Shown piece by piece: positions 38,748 to 52,389 of a stretch of 64,000 nucleotides of DNA. The translations under genes were made by a program, and so were the position numbers. The DNA is from Sphagnum compactum (taxonomy: Eukaryota): the NCBI GenBank assembly GCA_965153455.1, contig OZ234493.1, positions 248,001 through 312,000 on the forward strand, written 5' to 3'. Within the stretch, counting starts at the first letter, position 1. Each line of letters begins with the position of its first letter. The notes beneath the pieces are model-generated. The model was not told the origin of the DNA. It saw only the letters and a program-made list of their open reading frames with translations, and searched no databases.

Positions 38748-40461
38748 TGATTGTTGGGTAGGTGGAAATCTTGTCTCTTTCAAATTTCAGAATATTCTGA
38801 AACTAATGCATTCCAAGCCAGTTTGCAAGTCCTGGTTTAAACATCATCCTGTACAAATGATATAAAGCATTGCAGCTAAGACTTCTGTAGTAGCAAAAGA
38901 AATGTAGAATGTAGTATCAATTCATTGCAGGACATTGATTTGCAGCAAGCTGTTTGTTATTCTTTTAACTCAAGAATGGCTTATTGTCATCTTCCAGTCT
39001 TTAGGTTCGCAGAGCAGGTGGGTTGACAGATCCACTGTTGATGCATCTGACTTTGAAAATCCCTTGAAATTCCACCAATAGATCCCAAAAGATCTGAGCA
39101 ACAAAGAGCTTATTATTTCACGTCAAATTCGACTCTTTGCTTGCTAATAGAAGTCTACTTCGCCAATACCAAATTTGGGATAGCAAAACTTCATACTTCA
39201 AAAAAACATCAATGCACAGTCAAAAATGGAAAAGAACAAAAACAGCCCTCCAAGTCACTGCCATTACAAGTCCTTTGCATTCTTCTCACATTTATCAATC
39301 TGCAAACATGCAACAGTATGGCCAATTGTATGTCAAATACTTATCATTTGAGCGCATAACATTTAGGTCCAATACTTCCACATATTTTTCCTGCATAGTA
39401 CTCTTGATGAATATGCCAACAAAAAGCTCCCCTGGTGGAGTGTTTCCTTCCTTGGAGTTAAGGGGGTGGAAACTACCAAATATACATTGTAAAACCACCT
39501 TCTCAGGTTCATAAAGATTTTACAACTGTTCTCTGTTTTAGGTTTCCTATCTCCCTCCCATGGGAGATATGTCAGTCATCTCCTGCGTTGGAGATAACAA
39601 AGCTGGGGAAAGATATCATTGTCAGAAAGAGGAACACAAAATAGTCATACTATCTTCATGTAAAAGGGGAGGTCAAACCCATGAACCTCCTACCATTCTC
39701 AAACCTCCCACCATTCTTGGTTGCTCGCCTTGGCTCTCTTCCCTCAAACTGAGTGTTTTCAGGTTCAAACCTCCCACAGTTCTTGGTCATCTTGGCTGCT
39801 GCCTTGGCTCTCTTCCATCAACCTGCATGAGGCTCTCAGGTTTGAACCTCCCTTACCACAAAACAATTAGCTTTTAGCCCATAAGTGGAAGTTGTAGTTC
39901 TCAAAGGTGCTTGCCCCCAAGCACCTTGATCATGATGCAGTGTGTCCATGTCCCCTGTGATGAAGAAACCATCAGTGAACCATCAACAAAGCAACAATGA
40001 ACCATCCCATGAAACATCTTGAGATAATAGATACCATGTGATTTCACCATGTCCAATTCTCGAAGGGCTTGTTTCTTGATTTGAGAAATAAGGCCCACCT
40101 TTTCTGCCTTGGTGGAATTCTAGTGAACCCCAACATTGTCAAAGGCCAACAACTTAACCCTCATCATTGTATGTACAAGAAACTTTGTTACTGGTCTGTA
40201 TGTCCAGGGTACCGATGCTGGTGCTTGTAGCTGAGTATTGGAAATGCCGAGAAACTCCAAACAAACCCACACACATGTACATGAAGCAGCTGAATTTCCC
40301 AGCTTCTTCAAAGCTTTCCACCTCAAGTGTCCACTGATAATTACTGTGGGCTACTGTAGATCATCAACTTCCTGAAGTGCCAAGTACTAGGAATGGCAGG
40401 ATCTCTCATTTGTAGATTTGGAAGGTTAGTGAATACCAGGGAGCTTCAAAGCCTCAAATCA

Positions 40462-43400
40462 TCAGGTACTTTCTGTCACAAAAAGAAGAGATGAATTTCA
40501 TTAATCTGCCATGTTGAAGATTTCCAATTTAAGGGCAAAAACATGACACAAAACAGATCACAATTTTACAATAGACATGATGAACCCCTTAAGATCCTTG
40601 GATTAAGAACCCTAAAACCTGAAAACCCCTTCAAAAACTCCCAATTATCTTAATCTCTGTGACCCAAAGAAAAAACACACTTACCATTTAACACGTCGGA
40701 TATCACATTCCAGTTTTGGCAACAATTGTATTTGTGGACCACAGGCTTGCAGATTTCATGTTGTTGGCGCTTCTTCTGCAGTGAAGTAGTCACATTGGAA
40801 ACTGGAAGGAGGGGTGATCGGTCACCACGATATTCAATCAACGGGTTGCGATCTATGTCCTTCAGTGCTAAATACTCGACACAAAATGGACCTTGAGAGC
40901 GGCGAGGATCTGATGGAGCTAATCCAGTACGACTTGTTCTCAAAGTGACATGCCACTCAGCAATAAGCATAATGTGGTCATCCACAGTGAATTCCCGGGA
41001 GCTTCTTGCATTGTACCACCAAAGGCCTTTTTTCCACAGAAAAGCTCCATTTGACGTTACCTCAACCTTGTTAAGACCGAAGTTCTTTGGAGTTGGCCAT
41101 ATCTTACACCTCATTGCAATTTTCAAATTGTCAACCATGGCTTTGACAATGATGGTATTCTCTTTTATCTCATAAGATGAATGCCTGCAATTGCAAAAAA
41201 AAGAGCATACTCAGACACATGCAAAAAAGAGCCCCTCCAGCATAGCTCACAAAAGCAATTTCAGCTCTCTTACAGAGCCATCCACTCAACTAAGCTGACA
41301 AAATGCGATTCACATGAGAACTAGACCACTTACAAACAAATTCCCAATGGTTTTAATGTTTGAACAGCATCTTGGAAAGAAAATTGATCTCATTGAGTAT
41401 GAGAAAGTCTTACCCCCTTCTAAAGCTTGTCGGTGACAATGCAGCACTGTGACTGTGCAAACTGGGACCATTAGTCAGTGAGTACTGTCGTCCTCCACTA
41501 CTGAGTTGATCATCCTCCACTACTGGAGGGCCCTGAAAATACAGCAAGTCCAAAGCTTCTGAATTTCAGGAACATGTGCACACAAGCATGTCAGGAAGGC
41601 ACACACGCATGTCAGGAATGGACACAAGCATTCCTGACATGCATTAAAGAAGTACAAACACTTAAAATGGTTCCAGAGTTGCATCTGACCATAATTGGTA
41701 TCTTTTCAAACATATTCGAGCACTCAGTGAATGAAGAAGCCTTTGAACTTCTCATGCCATTCCCAATTCACAAGCTCTCTCAGACAAGCACTCTCTGCTG
41801 CTATTTGCAACAGTTTATGACAGGTTTGGTCTTTCTGAATAAAGCTTTTTCTTGAAGGAAAGACAAAAAACCCTAATAACAAAGGTCCAAGAAGAATTCC
41901 ACAACTTCCATCCAATGCTTGTTGCAGTGATGCTTGTGAGTTCTCTCATCTTCACAGCTCAGTCTAACCCTGAAGGATAAAGAGGTGATGCTTCAATCCT
42001 TCCTAAACTGAACCAGAAGAAGCAATTCTTCTCAGATTGGTTTTCAAGCTTTTCTTGAAGGTAAGGATACAAAGCCTAATGACCAAGGGTCTGAGAATCC
42101 TACAAGCTTGTCACAATGATGCTCATGAGCGCATAGCATCTTCACAGCTCAGTCTCACCTGAAGGAAGAGCCACACTTTGATGCTTCCTAACTGAACCAG
42201 AAGAAACATTCTTATGAGATTGGATTTGCAGCTTTTCTTGAAAGAATACAAAGCCTAATGACAAAGGTCCAAAATTCCACAACTTCCAATGCTTGTGGTG
42301 GTGATGCTTGTGACCTTGCATCTTCCCAGCTGGGTCTAACAACCCTGAAGGATGAGGCACCCGCTTCAATCCTTCTTAACTGCACCAGAGGGAAAACTCT
42401 TCTCAGGTCAGCTTTGAAGCTTTTTCTTGAAGGAAAGAATACAAAACCTAATAATGAAGAGTCCAAGAATACCACAATCTTCATTCAATGATTGCTGAGA
42501 CAGTCCTCGCTCATGGAGCTTATCTTCTTCACAGCTCAGTCTAACAACCTGAAGGCTGCAGAACAGTTATTCATGCTTCAATAATAAATGTTTCCCAATT
42601 GAACAAGGAGAAGAAACAATTCTCAGATTTGGGTTTTGAAGCTTTTTTCTTGAGGAGAAAAAGAATACAACAAACCCCAATAACAAAGGTCCAAGAAGAA
42701 TTCCACAACTTGTTTCCAATGCTGTTGCTTGTTGTTGCGGTGATGATGCTAATGGAGCTCTTCACATCTTCACAACTCAGTCTAAAACCCTGAAGACACT
42801 GAAGACTCATGGCTGAACTCATGTTCAATCTGATGTTGCTCATGGAGCTCTTCACATTTTCACAGCTCAGTCTAAAACCCTGAAGGTGGCTGAAGACTCA
42901 TGGCTGAACTCATGTTAAATCTGATGAAGCTCATGGAGTTCTTCACATCTTCACAGCTCAGTCTAAAACCCTGAAGGTGGCTGAAGACTCATGGCTGAAC
43001 TCACGTTCAATCTGATGAAGCTCATGGAGCTCTTCACGTCTTCACAGCTCAGTCTAAAACCCTGAAGGAGGCTGAAGACTCATGGATGAACTCATGTTCA
43101 ATCTGATGATGCTCATGGAGCTCTTCACATCTTCACAGGTCAGTCTAAAACCATGAGGGAGGCTGAAGACTTATGGCTGAACTCATGTTTTTCTGATGTT
43201 ATGATGCACAAAATCCATTGGAAATTCACAAAGAAAAGCAAGCCAGGATGACAGAAAGCTTGGATCTCTTGCAGATTGCTCTTCTATGAGAAATAGATGC
43301 TGCTGCTGCAGCAGCAGGAGCATTGTTCTTTGAAGGAGAGGAGAGGGAGAGTAGTACTCTACCTCAAAGCTGAAGTCAGAGCTGGAGACATCTTTGGATT

Positions 43401-44949
43401 CAGAGTTGTAGAGGGCGATGAGAACCTCCTTCATGCTAGGTCTTCTCTCAGGGTTGTCATCCAAGCAAGCTCTTGCCACCTTCACCACATTCTGCAGCTG
43501 CTCCAGTGAGTACTCAGCAGGTAGGATCCCTCTGTCGACCATCCTGGGCAGCAGCACAGGCAGAAGAGACTGATCACTGGTCAGAAACTCCTTGCACCAA
43601 GTGACCAAGCTCAGTTTCTTCTGAATGGCTCTTCTTCCAGTGATGAGCTCCAGCAACAAAACCCCATAGCTGTAGACATCGTTCTTGTCCACCGCTTGCC
43701 CAGTTCTCAAGTAGTGGGGATCGACATAGCCGGCCGTTCCACGCAGTCTGTGAGAGGCAGTAGGGTCATGCCCTAGAATGAGAGCTTTACTGAGACCGAA
43801 GTCCGCGAGCTTCGCTTGCATGTCGTCGTCGAAGAGAATATTACTGGACTTGATGTCTCTGTGCACCAGAGTAGGATGTGCGTGGCGATGGAGATACTCC
43901 AGTCCTTGCGCAACCTCGATGGCTACACGGATCCTCGCTTTCCAGTCCAGGAATGTGGCCGCTGCTGCTCCTGAATCACATTCGTGTAGGTGTTGGTCTA
44001 GTGATCCGTTAGACATCAACTCGTAGATTAGAAAAAGCTCCTGTCCTTCTACGCAGTAACCAAGCAAGGCGACCAAGTTCCCATGGTGCAAGCGCGAGAT
44101 CGTTTTGAGCTCCACCCAAAACTCCTTTTCCAGCGTTGCCTGCTGCTCCTGCACGGGCATCTCCGTATTCTCCAGAAAACCCGCATTAGGTCTTTGCAGC
44201 TTCTTCACAGCTGCAGAGACTTCAAGCTCACCAGGAAGCATGGCAGGAAGCATGGCAGCATACACTATTCCTTGTCCTCCGCGACCCAGTTCCTTTTCGA
44301 AGCTGTTCGTCATGCTCACAATCTCCTTGAGCGTGTACTGCTTCACAAGGTTCCCTACTTGCAAGCCGCTTGCCATCGGACTCAAGCTCACCATCACCCG
44401 GGCGGCGGGACTGAACACCGGATTGTTCTTGACCTCGGAGGAGGAGCTTTGCGGCAGCTGATCCTCGATTTGCATCAGCATCTTCGACTGCAAATCCTCC
44501 TTCTCCTCCGTCTTCTTCTGACGTCGTGCTCTCCACCACAACCCAGTCGAGACTCCAAACATGAAAATGAAAGCCAAGCTCAACAAGAAACATACGACAG
44601 TAACTGCAGCTACTACATTTTGCAACAGAGCTGCAGCTACGAGCTCCACCGCCATGAGCAGCTGCTGCAGCTCACTCCTAGCTTCCATAGTAGCAAAAAC
44701 TAACAAGATGACAAGAACCCAAGAGTTGGATACTAGCCATCTCCAACATCTCCTCACCACCACTTCCAGCAACTCCTCTAGCCGCTCCTTCTTGTTCTTA
44801 TTCTTGTTCTTCTCCCCATCCCTAACCATCTGCACTGGCCCCACCAACACAAGCTCTCGACCACCACCATCACACCCACCTCCAGACTGCTGCTGCTGCT
44901 GCTGCTGCTCACCACTACTTGTACCAACACCAAACTGCCGCATCGCCAT
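40462..44949 (-). CDS. Membrane-anchored RLK/Pelle-family RD kinase with no ectodomain and an extra C-terminal ~165-aa domain. Exons: 44949-43363, 41532-41414, 41184-40685, 40472-40462
   Basis: Hydrophobic segments, then LGRGGQGIVY, AAVKKL, HRDIKSSNIL, DFGLSK and GTAGYVDPHY. Downstream exons join in frame through canonical GT-AG sites (phases 0, 2, 1). Confidence 0.85.
41730..43200. repeat. Intronic repeat array in the kinase gene: diverged ~180-220 bp units (41730-42750) plus a younger ~62-65 bp array (42750-43200) sharing TTCACAGCTCAGTCTAA..CCCTGAAG
   Basis: The core recurs at about 41951, 42141, 42323, 42527, 42769, 42858, 42950, 43041 and 43132. Confidence 0.85.
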
Positions 44950-45412
44950 CACCTTGGCTGCTCCCAACAACACATCAAAGCCTTTCTTCACGATCGTTTC
45001 CGCCTTCCACTTCTGTCGCCGCCTATGGTGAAAAGCTACTGTTTGCAGGGATTTGTCGTACTCGATCTCGCATGTTCGCTTTTAAGATTCATATATTCTC
45101 AACTAAATGCTCCTGTTCCTTTGTTCTCTTCTGTCTCCAGTTCGTCGAGAGGAGAATCTGCCAACACACAGAGGAAGAAAACACTCGCGACTCTTGTCTT
45201 GTCTTATCTTGTCTTGTCTTTCCCTTCTTCTTCTTCCTCTTCGCTGAGAGAGAGATGTGCGCGGGTGCGACGAGCTGCACGACGAACTCCGTGTCAGTCC
45301 CCGGATTCGAACTTTGAACCTTCGTGCTCTTCTTCTTCTTCTTCAGAAAAAAATTTCTGGCTAAATTTAGCCAATTGGCTATTTTCTTTTTTCAAAATGG
45401 CTAAATTAACTC

Positions 45413-45448
<36 letters not shown>

Positions 45449-46571
45449 TGTTTTATTTGGAGGGTTGGAGGGGGGTTTTTTCTAGTAGCCAAATTTCAAC
45501 AAAATTTCTGGGAATTTTGCAAGATTTTTTCTATTTTGGTTCTAGCATACATAGTAAAAAAAATGTGAAGGATATTTGAATTTCTTTTTACTTTCATATC
45601 CTATTTCTTCAGATTTTTATTTATATTTTATTTTTAAATTTGGGTTTTACCATACATAGTCAAAAATGTCAATGATGCTTGCATTTTTTTATTTACTTTC
45701 ATATCCTCTTTATAGCCAATTTTACTTTCATATCCTATTTATAGCCAAATTTGGCTCCACTTATGTCTTATGGATGATCTATTGATCACCACTTCAGTTA
45801 CATCATAATAATGGGAAAAAAAAGGGCAAAAAAAAAATAATTGAAAAAAAAAAGCCCTAGCCATAGGGGGCATTGGGCATTGGGAACCTTGGGAACATCA
45901 CAAGAAAAAATAAATAAAAATAGAAAGGGTGGTGGACCTTATTATTAGGTATTTATTATTATTAGGTTCTTATTATTTTATAGCAAAGAAACGTGTGAGT
46001 AATAAAGGGAATGGGGGGGGTATATGTAAAAACCTCAACCCACTTTGGCCCCCAATTGTTAAATTGTTAATGGTATCCTTGAGGATGTTAGGTGTTCTAG
46101 AAATGTGCAATACTTATAAGATCGGATAACATGACAAACAAGGTGCGTGTCACACAATGGCCTTGCCATGAAAATTTCATTTCTTTTAAGCACATATACA
46201 ATGAAAGGCAAGAAATATATATATATATATATATTTATTTATTTAAAACACATTTCAAAAATCTTTTATGTTGATGGACAAAAAAATTGCAAGTCTTTTT
46301 TGAATCCATCCATGAAAGTCATAATGTTCAAACTAAGGAAAAAACAACCTACCAAAATAAGAGTCAAAGTAAGTCCCTTGAAGTTAGGAGTGTTCTATAA
46401 TGAATCTCAAACACTATATATTCCTGTCTACATAGGCAAAAAGGCCAACAAAAGCATTTACATGAGGGATAATGTATAGGAGAAAGGGCATGTGTACCCA
46501 GATCCCTTTTCCACCTTCAAGCAGAGAGATTTTTTTCATGTTGTAGAAATAGTGGACAGGCTGGCTGGTAG

Positions 46572-46702
46572 CTTCCGCTGGTTACAAGATCCCAGTACAA
46601 CCTGGCTAGTACCTCTTCCGCTGGTTACAAGATCCCAGTACAACCTGGCTAGTACCTCTTCCGCTGGTTACAAGATCCCAGTACAACCTAGCTAGTACCT
46701 TC
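46572..46702. repeat. Minisatellite, 43 bp x3 (CTTCCGCTGGTTACAAGATCCCAGTACAACCTGGCTAGTACCT)
   Basis: Nearly perfect direct repeats. Confidence 0.95.
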
Positions 46703-47046
46703 CACCGCAGAAGAACCCGCTTTGCTGAAAAACACAGGTTTCTTCAGGCAGGTCAGGGAGCTGAAAATACAAAAAGGCAAAAATCCAGCCAATGCTTTAG
46801 TAGTTAGTAGTGGACTTTTTACTTTTTTTTTGGAGGTTTCAAACTAGAATGCATTTGATGTGGAATGGATGGCTTTCATTTAGGTCTATCAAAATATGAT
46901 AATCCTTTGTCAAATTTAAAATCATTCACAAATATTCCACACAATACCCCACTTGACTTTTTCAAATGGTTCTATGGATTCATCATTTATGTGTGCAACT
47001 TGTTTAAACATTTTCACAAATCTTCTGCACAATCCCCCACTTGACT

Positions 47047-47381
47047 GTGGCAAGCATGCAAAACCTGAGAGTGTACCGAGGAGAGATAGGGTTTGTCACC
47101 TGTGTTCCCTAGGAGCTGTTGAAGATGAAGACCACCTGTTGCTAGTGTGCCCAGCTCACCATGACATTGGTTGCAAGTTTGGTCAACTGCTAGGGAAACA
47201 GTTGACACCGTGCAGCTTACTGCCTGAATTGATGCATTCGGCTACTCAGAAAGCGGTAGCTTTGTACTCAGTTTCTTGCCTAGACAACAAGAGTGTTTTG
47301 CTCAAATCAACTAGATAATAGTCGTCAAATGGATCTCTCTGGTCCGGGTATTGACGTTAAATTAAAAGAAAAGAAAGAAAA
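47047..47381 (+). mobile_element. 5'-truncated non-LTR retrotransposon (ORF2 C-terminal CCHC region, 3' stem-loop, AAAG tail)
   Basis: VPRRDRVCHLCSLGAVEDEDHLLLVCPAH, a CGTCAA...TTGACG hairpin and an (AAAAG/AAAG)n tail. GACT is repeated at 47043-47046 and 47382-47385. Confidence 0.8.
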
Positions 47382-50300
47382 GACTCTTTCAAATGGTTTA
47401 TAGATTCATATGTGTGCAACTTTGGTTCAATTGCAAGCCTTTACGAATGTTTTGTTAGGTTCTCCATTTTGAAAGGAACCCTTCAAATTCAGTTTTTTTC
47501 CTTCGTTTGTTTTCTTTGATAGAATCTTCAAAACATATTGGTTTTTTTGGACTTTAAAAACCTTTAGTTCTAAAAACTTCTCACAAAGTAGGGTATTATT
47601 GTAAGGCATAATTGGGGTAAATAAATTTATTTTATTTTATTTTAGTTTAGTTTATTGTTTGTCTTTTGGAAGGGGCAAAATCAATGAGTGAACAATTAGT
47701 TCAATAAAGATGAAATTGACACGCTAATAATCATCTAGATACTAGTTCATTGGTAGTTCACTAAGTTAGAATTTTTAAAAACATGTCCATTGAACTATTT
47801 TGGACTAAACTGGAATGTGGTGATAGAATCAATTTACTTCTTTTAGTTTAGTGATGCAACATGCAGCCGACACCACCACAATTTATCTAATAAGGTTTGC
47901 CCAAAATTGAATTGTCACAATAAACAAAACAAGGTATAGCTATTATTATTATTTTTAATTTTTAAAGCCTTTGTGCATACAAGGCTAGAAAACCTAACCA
48001 TGTTTTAAAAATGATAATAACCTAGTTGACATTTAGGTTTCAAATTCAACAACATGCAAGTTCAAGGATCAAAATCCAAATTTGGTTTCAATAAAATTTT
48101 AAAGCTTTGTGCTAGATACCCAAACCCTAACCTAACACTTAGATCTAAACCTACCCAATACCTTGAACATGCCAACATTAGTCTTTAACTACCACCCCAC
48201 CCACCCCAATAAAACCTTGTTAAGATTTGAATGAACCCATACATAATCTTTCACATTTTAAACCATTAAAAAAAAATTACAGGCATCTTTAAGCTTCAAA
48301 TAAAAAAATTGACCTTTTCTAACCAATTTATAAATGTAAATACTTTTACACCAAGTAATTTAAGTTCGTTTTTTTGTATTCCTTAACAAAATTTTATGGG
48401 CATCACCCATAAGGGGAAAATTTTGAATTTTTAAAAATATTTTTGACTTTCAACTTTTAGTACTATCATGTTAAATGCAATCAAATGTGTTAGATATGAA
48501 TTTTCTATATGTCAAATACATTTTAAAACCACAATAGATGCTTGAACCTCAAGCATGCCTTAAATTTGAAGGGCCATGTGTCTTTCTCCTATGGAAATTA
48601 TTCCAAAAATTATTTTTCACATTAAAAAATTAACCTAACAAATACCTTTCATAATTTGAAAACTTTTCAAAAGTTGGTTCTACATGATACAAAGAAATAT
48701 GACCTTGTTGGAGACATCTATTAACCCTTAAACCTAAGGGGCTTAGTTCAAGTTCCATACCACCTATGTCAAACCAAACATTGTTTGGGGTATTAGGTGG
48801 GGAACTCCTCCCCCCCCCCCAAACCCACCCTTCCCCTTATTATTATCTATTTTTTTAATATGTACATATTTAAATCACCATAAATTTAATTGTAATTTTT
48901 TTTGTATCAAATTTTGATGCCCTATATTTATTAAAATTTCAATTTTAGTACTTGATAAAAAAGGAACACATTTTTCAAATGAATACAAGATAAAGACAAA
49001 TGAGGAATGAACAATATATTTTCTTGAGGTTTGATTCCATAAGTTCACAATGTACATAGGGCAATTCTAATGCATAGACTTGTCAACATAAAATCAAACC
49101 AAGGCTAAAAATCTCAATAGTAAAATATCAAATTAGGCACAAACAAGTAATAAAAAAACATTGAATGCACACAATGTCATTTAATAGTCCAAACATAGTG
49201 CGGATGGACTTTTTGAAAGATGCACCAAAAAAATGATGTTAAATCTCATTGTGCAGCTTAATATTGTTGGGCACGCTAATGATGGTGATAGATGTTGATA
49301 TTAGTTAATGCTAATAGATTATACAATAAAAAGGGGTTGGTAATTGAAAATAGAGTGGCTAGGATGGTTGATGTTAGCTAAATTGAATGAAATGCATGAT
49401 GCATGGGGTTTTCATGACCATGGTAAAAATGGTAAGAAACTTATTAATCCTTTGGACAATTTAGTAAAGTTTTTGTAATTAGGGATAAAGATTCAAGTTT
49501 TTTCAAGCGTATTGGTCAATTGTGTAATAAAACTTTTCACCAACATGGTTTGAAATTAAAGGACATGTAAAAAACTGACATATAAAATTGGGCTTTAGTT
49601 TAAAGGATTTGTCAATTAGAACATATTGTAAACTAGTAGAGGTACTCATAAAAAAAAAGAAATTGGGTACTAAATTATTCTTGAGGATATGTGCAAATTA
49701 CATTAAGATCTTTTTGTCTTTGATTTTGGATTTTTCAATGAAAGTTGTTGTGGCTTCCAAAGTGTTCACCTTTGGAAATTATGGTTGAAGCATAGGGACC
49801 ATTTAGCTCCATTGGTAACCCTTGAAAAAGAATGTCATGGATTCTTTTGTGAGCCATCAATGCTTTTGGTATCCAAATTTCTTAACACTTTGTTTAGTGT
49901 AGTTTTGTAAACATGTACCAAAGCAATTGAAACCATTATTTAATTTTTTATATTTAAGATTTTAAATAAAAAAGAACTACAAATGGAGTTGTTTTTATAC
50001 AATGTTATTTTCAATATATTGAAATACACAACTTAAGATTTTAAAATAAATATAATGAATAAGAAATACACAAATTTGTTTTAAAACAATCATAACCATT
50101 TTTTGTATAGTGTAAACAAAACTCATACCTAGTTGTTTTCTGATTTTTTTAAATATAAGCCTTAACATAATAATATTTTAAAAAATCTTAAAACAAGTTT
50201 AAAAATCAATAATGTTATTGAAAAAAAGGAATGGCCTAAGGGGGTAGGTGTGCTTCATGATTGAGTGTTTGCACTAGTTGTTTTATTGAATAACATTTCA

Positions 50301-51518
50301 AAAAGCGATACCCTAAACTTGTAGTCCTTTTGCGTTCGATTGGATAAGATTTTTGTGACTTGTTTTTTTACAAAATAAAAAGAATGGTAGGAATGAGAAA
50401 TGTTTATGACTTTTAATTTGAACTTGTGAATTGTGCAAATAGCTTCAACCACATTGCTATCATTGAATATGGTGAAAATGGGCCTTAGTTTGGACACATC
50501 CATAACAAAATGGAAAATGTGTGGGTTAATTTGCATCATTTACAAAAAGGTGAATATGTTGCTAATCTAGTTGAATATTATAATCTAGTAAAGTAAAATG
50601 AAGATGCAATTTTGGCATTGGTAGTAAGGTTCAAGGGTGTTCAAAACATGTTGACAATGTTGAAAATGAAAGGCATTCATGTAGCACAAGGTAAGTGTTC
50701 ACGTTTTAATGAACCATGGGAGGGAAAAAAGGTTAATCTTATGCATTTAACTTATGTTCCACATACAAAAACCATAGTGGGTGAGGATGGTAATTGTGAG
50801 GTGTTATGAGATTGTGCACATAAACACCTTCCACCACTAGGTGTAAAACATATTGGGGGTAACCTAGTTGATGATGGCTTAAACAATGTGGTTGTTATGA
50901 AATAAAAGATGCAAAATGTAGTTTCAAATATGTTGAATGAAATTGAAGGACAATTTCCATGTGATAATGGGTTTGAGATTATAATATGCCTTATTGGAAT
51001 ATGAAAGGAATAAGATTTGTAAATTCACATTGGTAAATCCTTTCGTTTTAAAAATATATTAACATGTGTGAAGAAATCAATCTATTTCAATAATTGAGAG
51101 GCTTATTTGAAAACTTTGTCATCTAGTAATATATGTTTGTTTGTTAGGCTTAAGCAATGAGTATGGTGTTTAATTTGCGTAGGATTTTATTAACAACCGA
51201 GTTAGCTCAAAGCAAAAGGGTGTTAATAATTTAAAGGTAGGTAAACTCACCTTAGTTTGCAATGCCACAAATAACAATATGTGGTGGTTAAGGAAAACTT
51301 AGAAAATTAGGAGGGTTGGAACTAGATGGGGCATTGTAAGGCAACCCATTGATTTGAGGAATAAACCTAATGCTTTGACTAAGAAAGTCAATGGGGACCA
51401 TCTAATATGGTGTTGTTAAATTGTTCAATGAATCATAAGGTATTTCAGAACTCAAGTACAACACAACTAATACTAATTGGGTGGACATAGATTTAATTAT
51501 ATATATTGTCACTATGAT

Positions 51519-52389
51519 TGACGTGCCCTCAAACTTCTCAAGGGACCCAAAGGTGGGTCCTAGAGCAAAATAATGAAAGAAGAAGAGAATTGGGGCACAC
51601 TTCTCAACTCGTAGCACTTTGGGGGTAGGAAGGTGTGTTGGAGCTCCAAGATGGGACTAAAATGAACTCATAAGCGAGAGTTCAAAATGATATCAACCTG
51701 CACAACCAAAAAAAAGGGCGATTAGTGCAAGTTGAATGGAAATGGTGCAGCGGATTTAATAGGGACAACCTCAAGCATAAATTTTACACGACCCACAACC
51801 TTTGGGAGGAGGCACCACTCCCCTCCCTATAGTATATTTTGTGCCTCTCCATGGGGACTACATCCAAATGTCACTTTTTCGTGGGACTCCCAAAACCAGG
51901 ACTCTTGTTGTCCCAAAAATTTGGACGTTCATATCTTTTTCAAATGAAGTTTGTTCCGAGAGTGTAAGAGCAATATCTTATAGCCCTTGACAATATCTTT
52001 CCAACAGTGTATAACATTCCAAGTGGATTTGTGGTCGGGAGTCAAATTGGGAATTTGACTCCTGGCTTTTCTTTTGATCATAACTCATGCAATTCAAGTT
52101 TAAATGAACAATGCAATGGCATTTGAAGCATTTATGCTTTAAGAACTTTCTAATGGTGTCCTAGGGGCCCAATTAAGTGTTTGTTTCCCCTTCCAATCAA
52201 GGCTTTAGACATTTGCAACTCTCGCACGAATGCAACTTCTAAAATGGGAATGCACTTGGGAATCATTGGGCTTCATCGTTTGCACTCTCCCTCATTTGTA
52301 AGAATGTGTTTCACACCTAAACACACTCTCGCCGTCATGTGCCATTGGATTTCAATCTTAGTCATGAACCCAATGTTAGGGTTGTGACA
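51519..52389. mobile_element. Solo LTR, 871 bp
   Basis: Starts TG and ends CA, flanked by a perfect 5-bp TSD ATGAT (51514-51518 and 52390-52394). Higher GC than the flanks and no coding potential. Confidence 0.85.

Noticed and set aside
39100-40400. Short minus-strand ORFs downstream of the kinase gene
   Set aside because: No recognisable motifs or consistent splice phase. Probably 3' UTR or intergenic.
43183-43362. C-terminal tail of the 602-aa kinase ORF (VEYYSPSPLL...)
   Set aside because: Most likely intron read-through after the GAG|GTAGAG donor. It runs into the intronic repeat array.
49100-51450. Second decayed hAT-like transposase (e.g. MLNEIEGQFP...YW near 50930-51000)
   Set aside because: Only one weak motif, too degraded to support as a feature.
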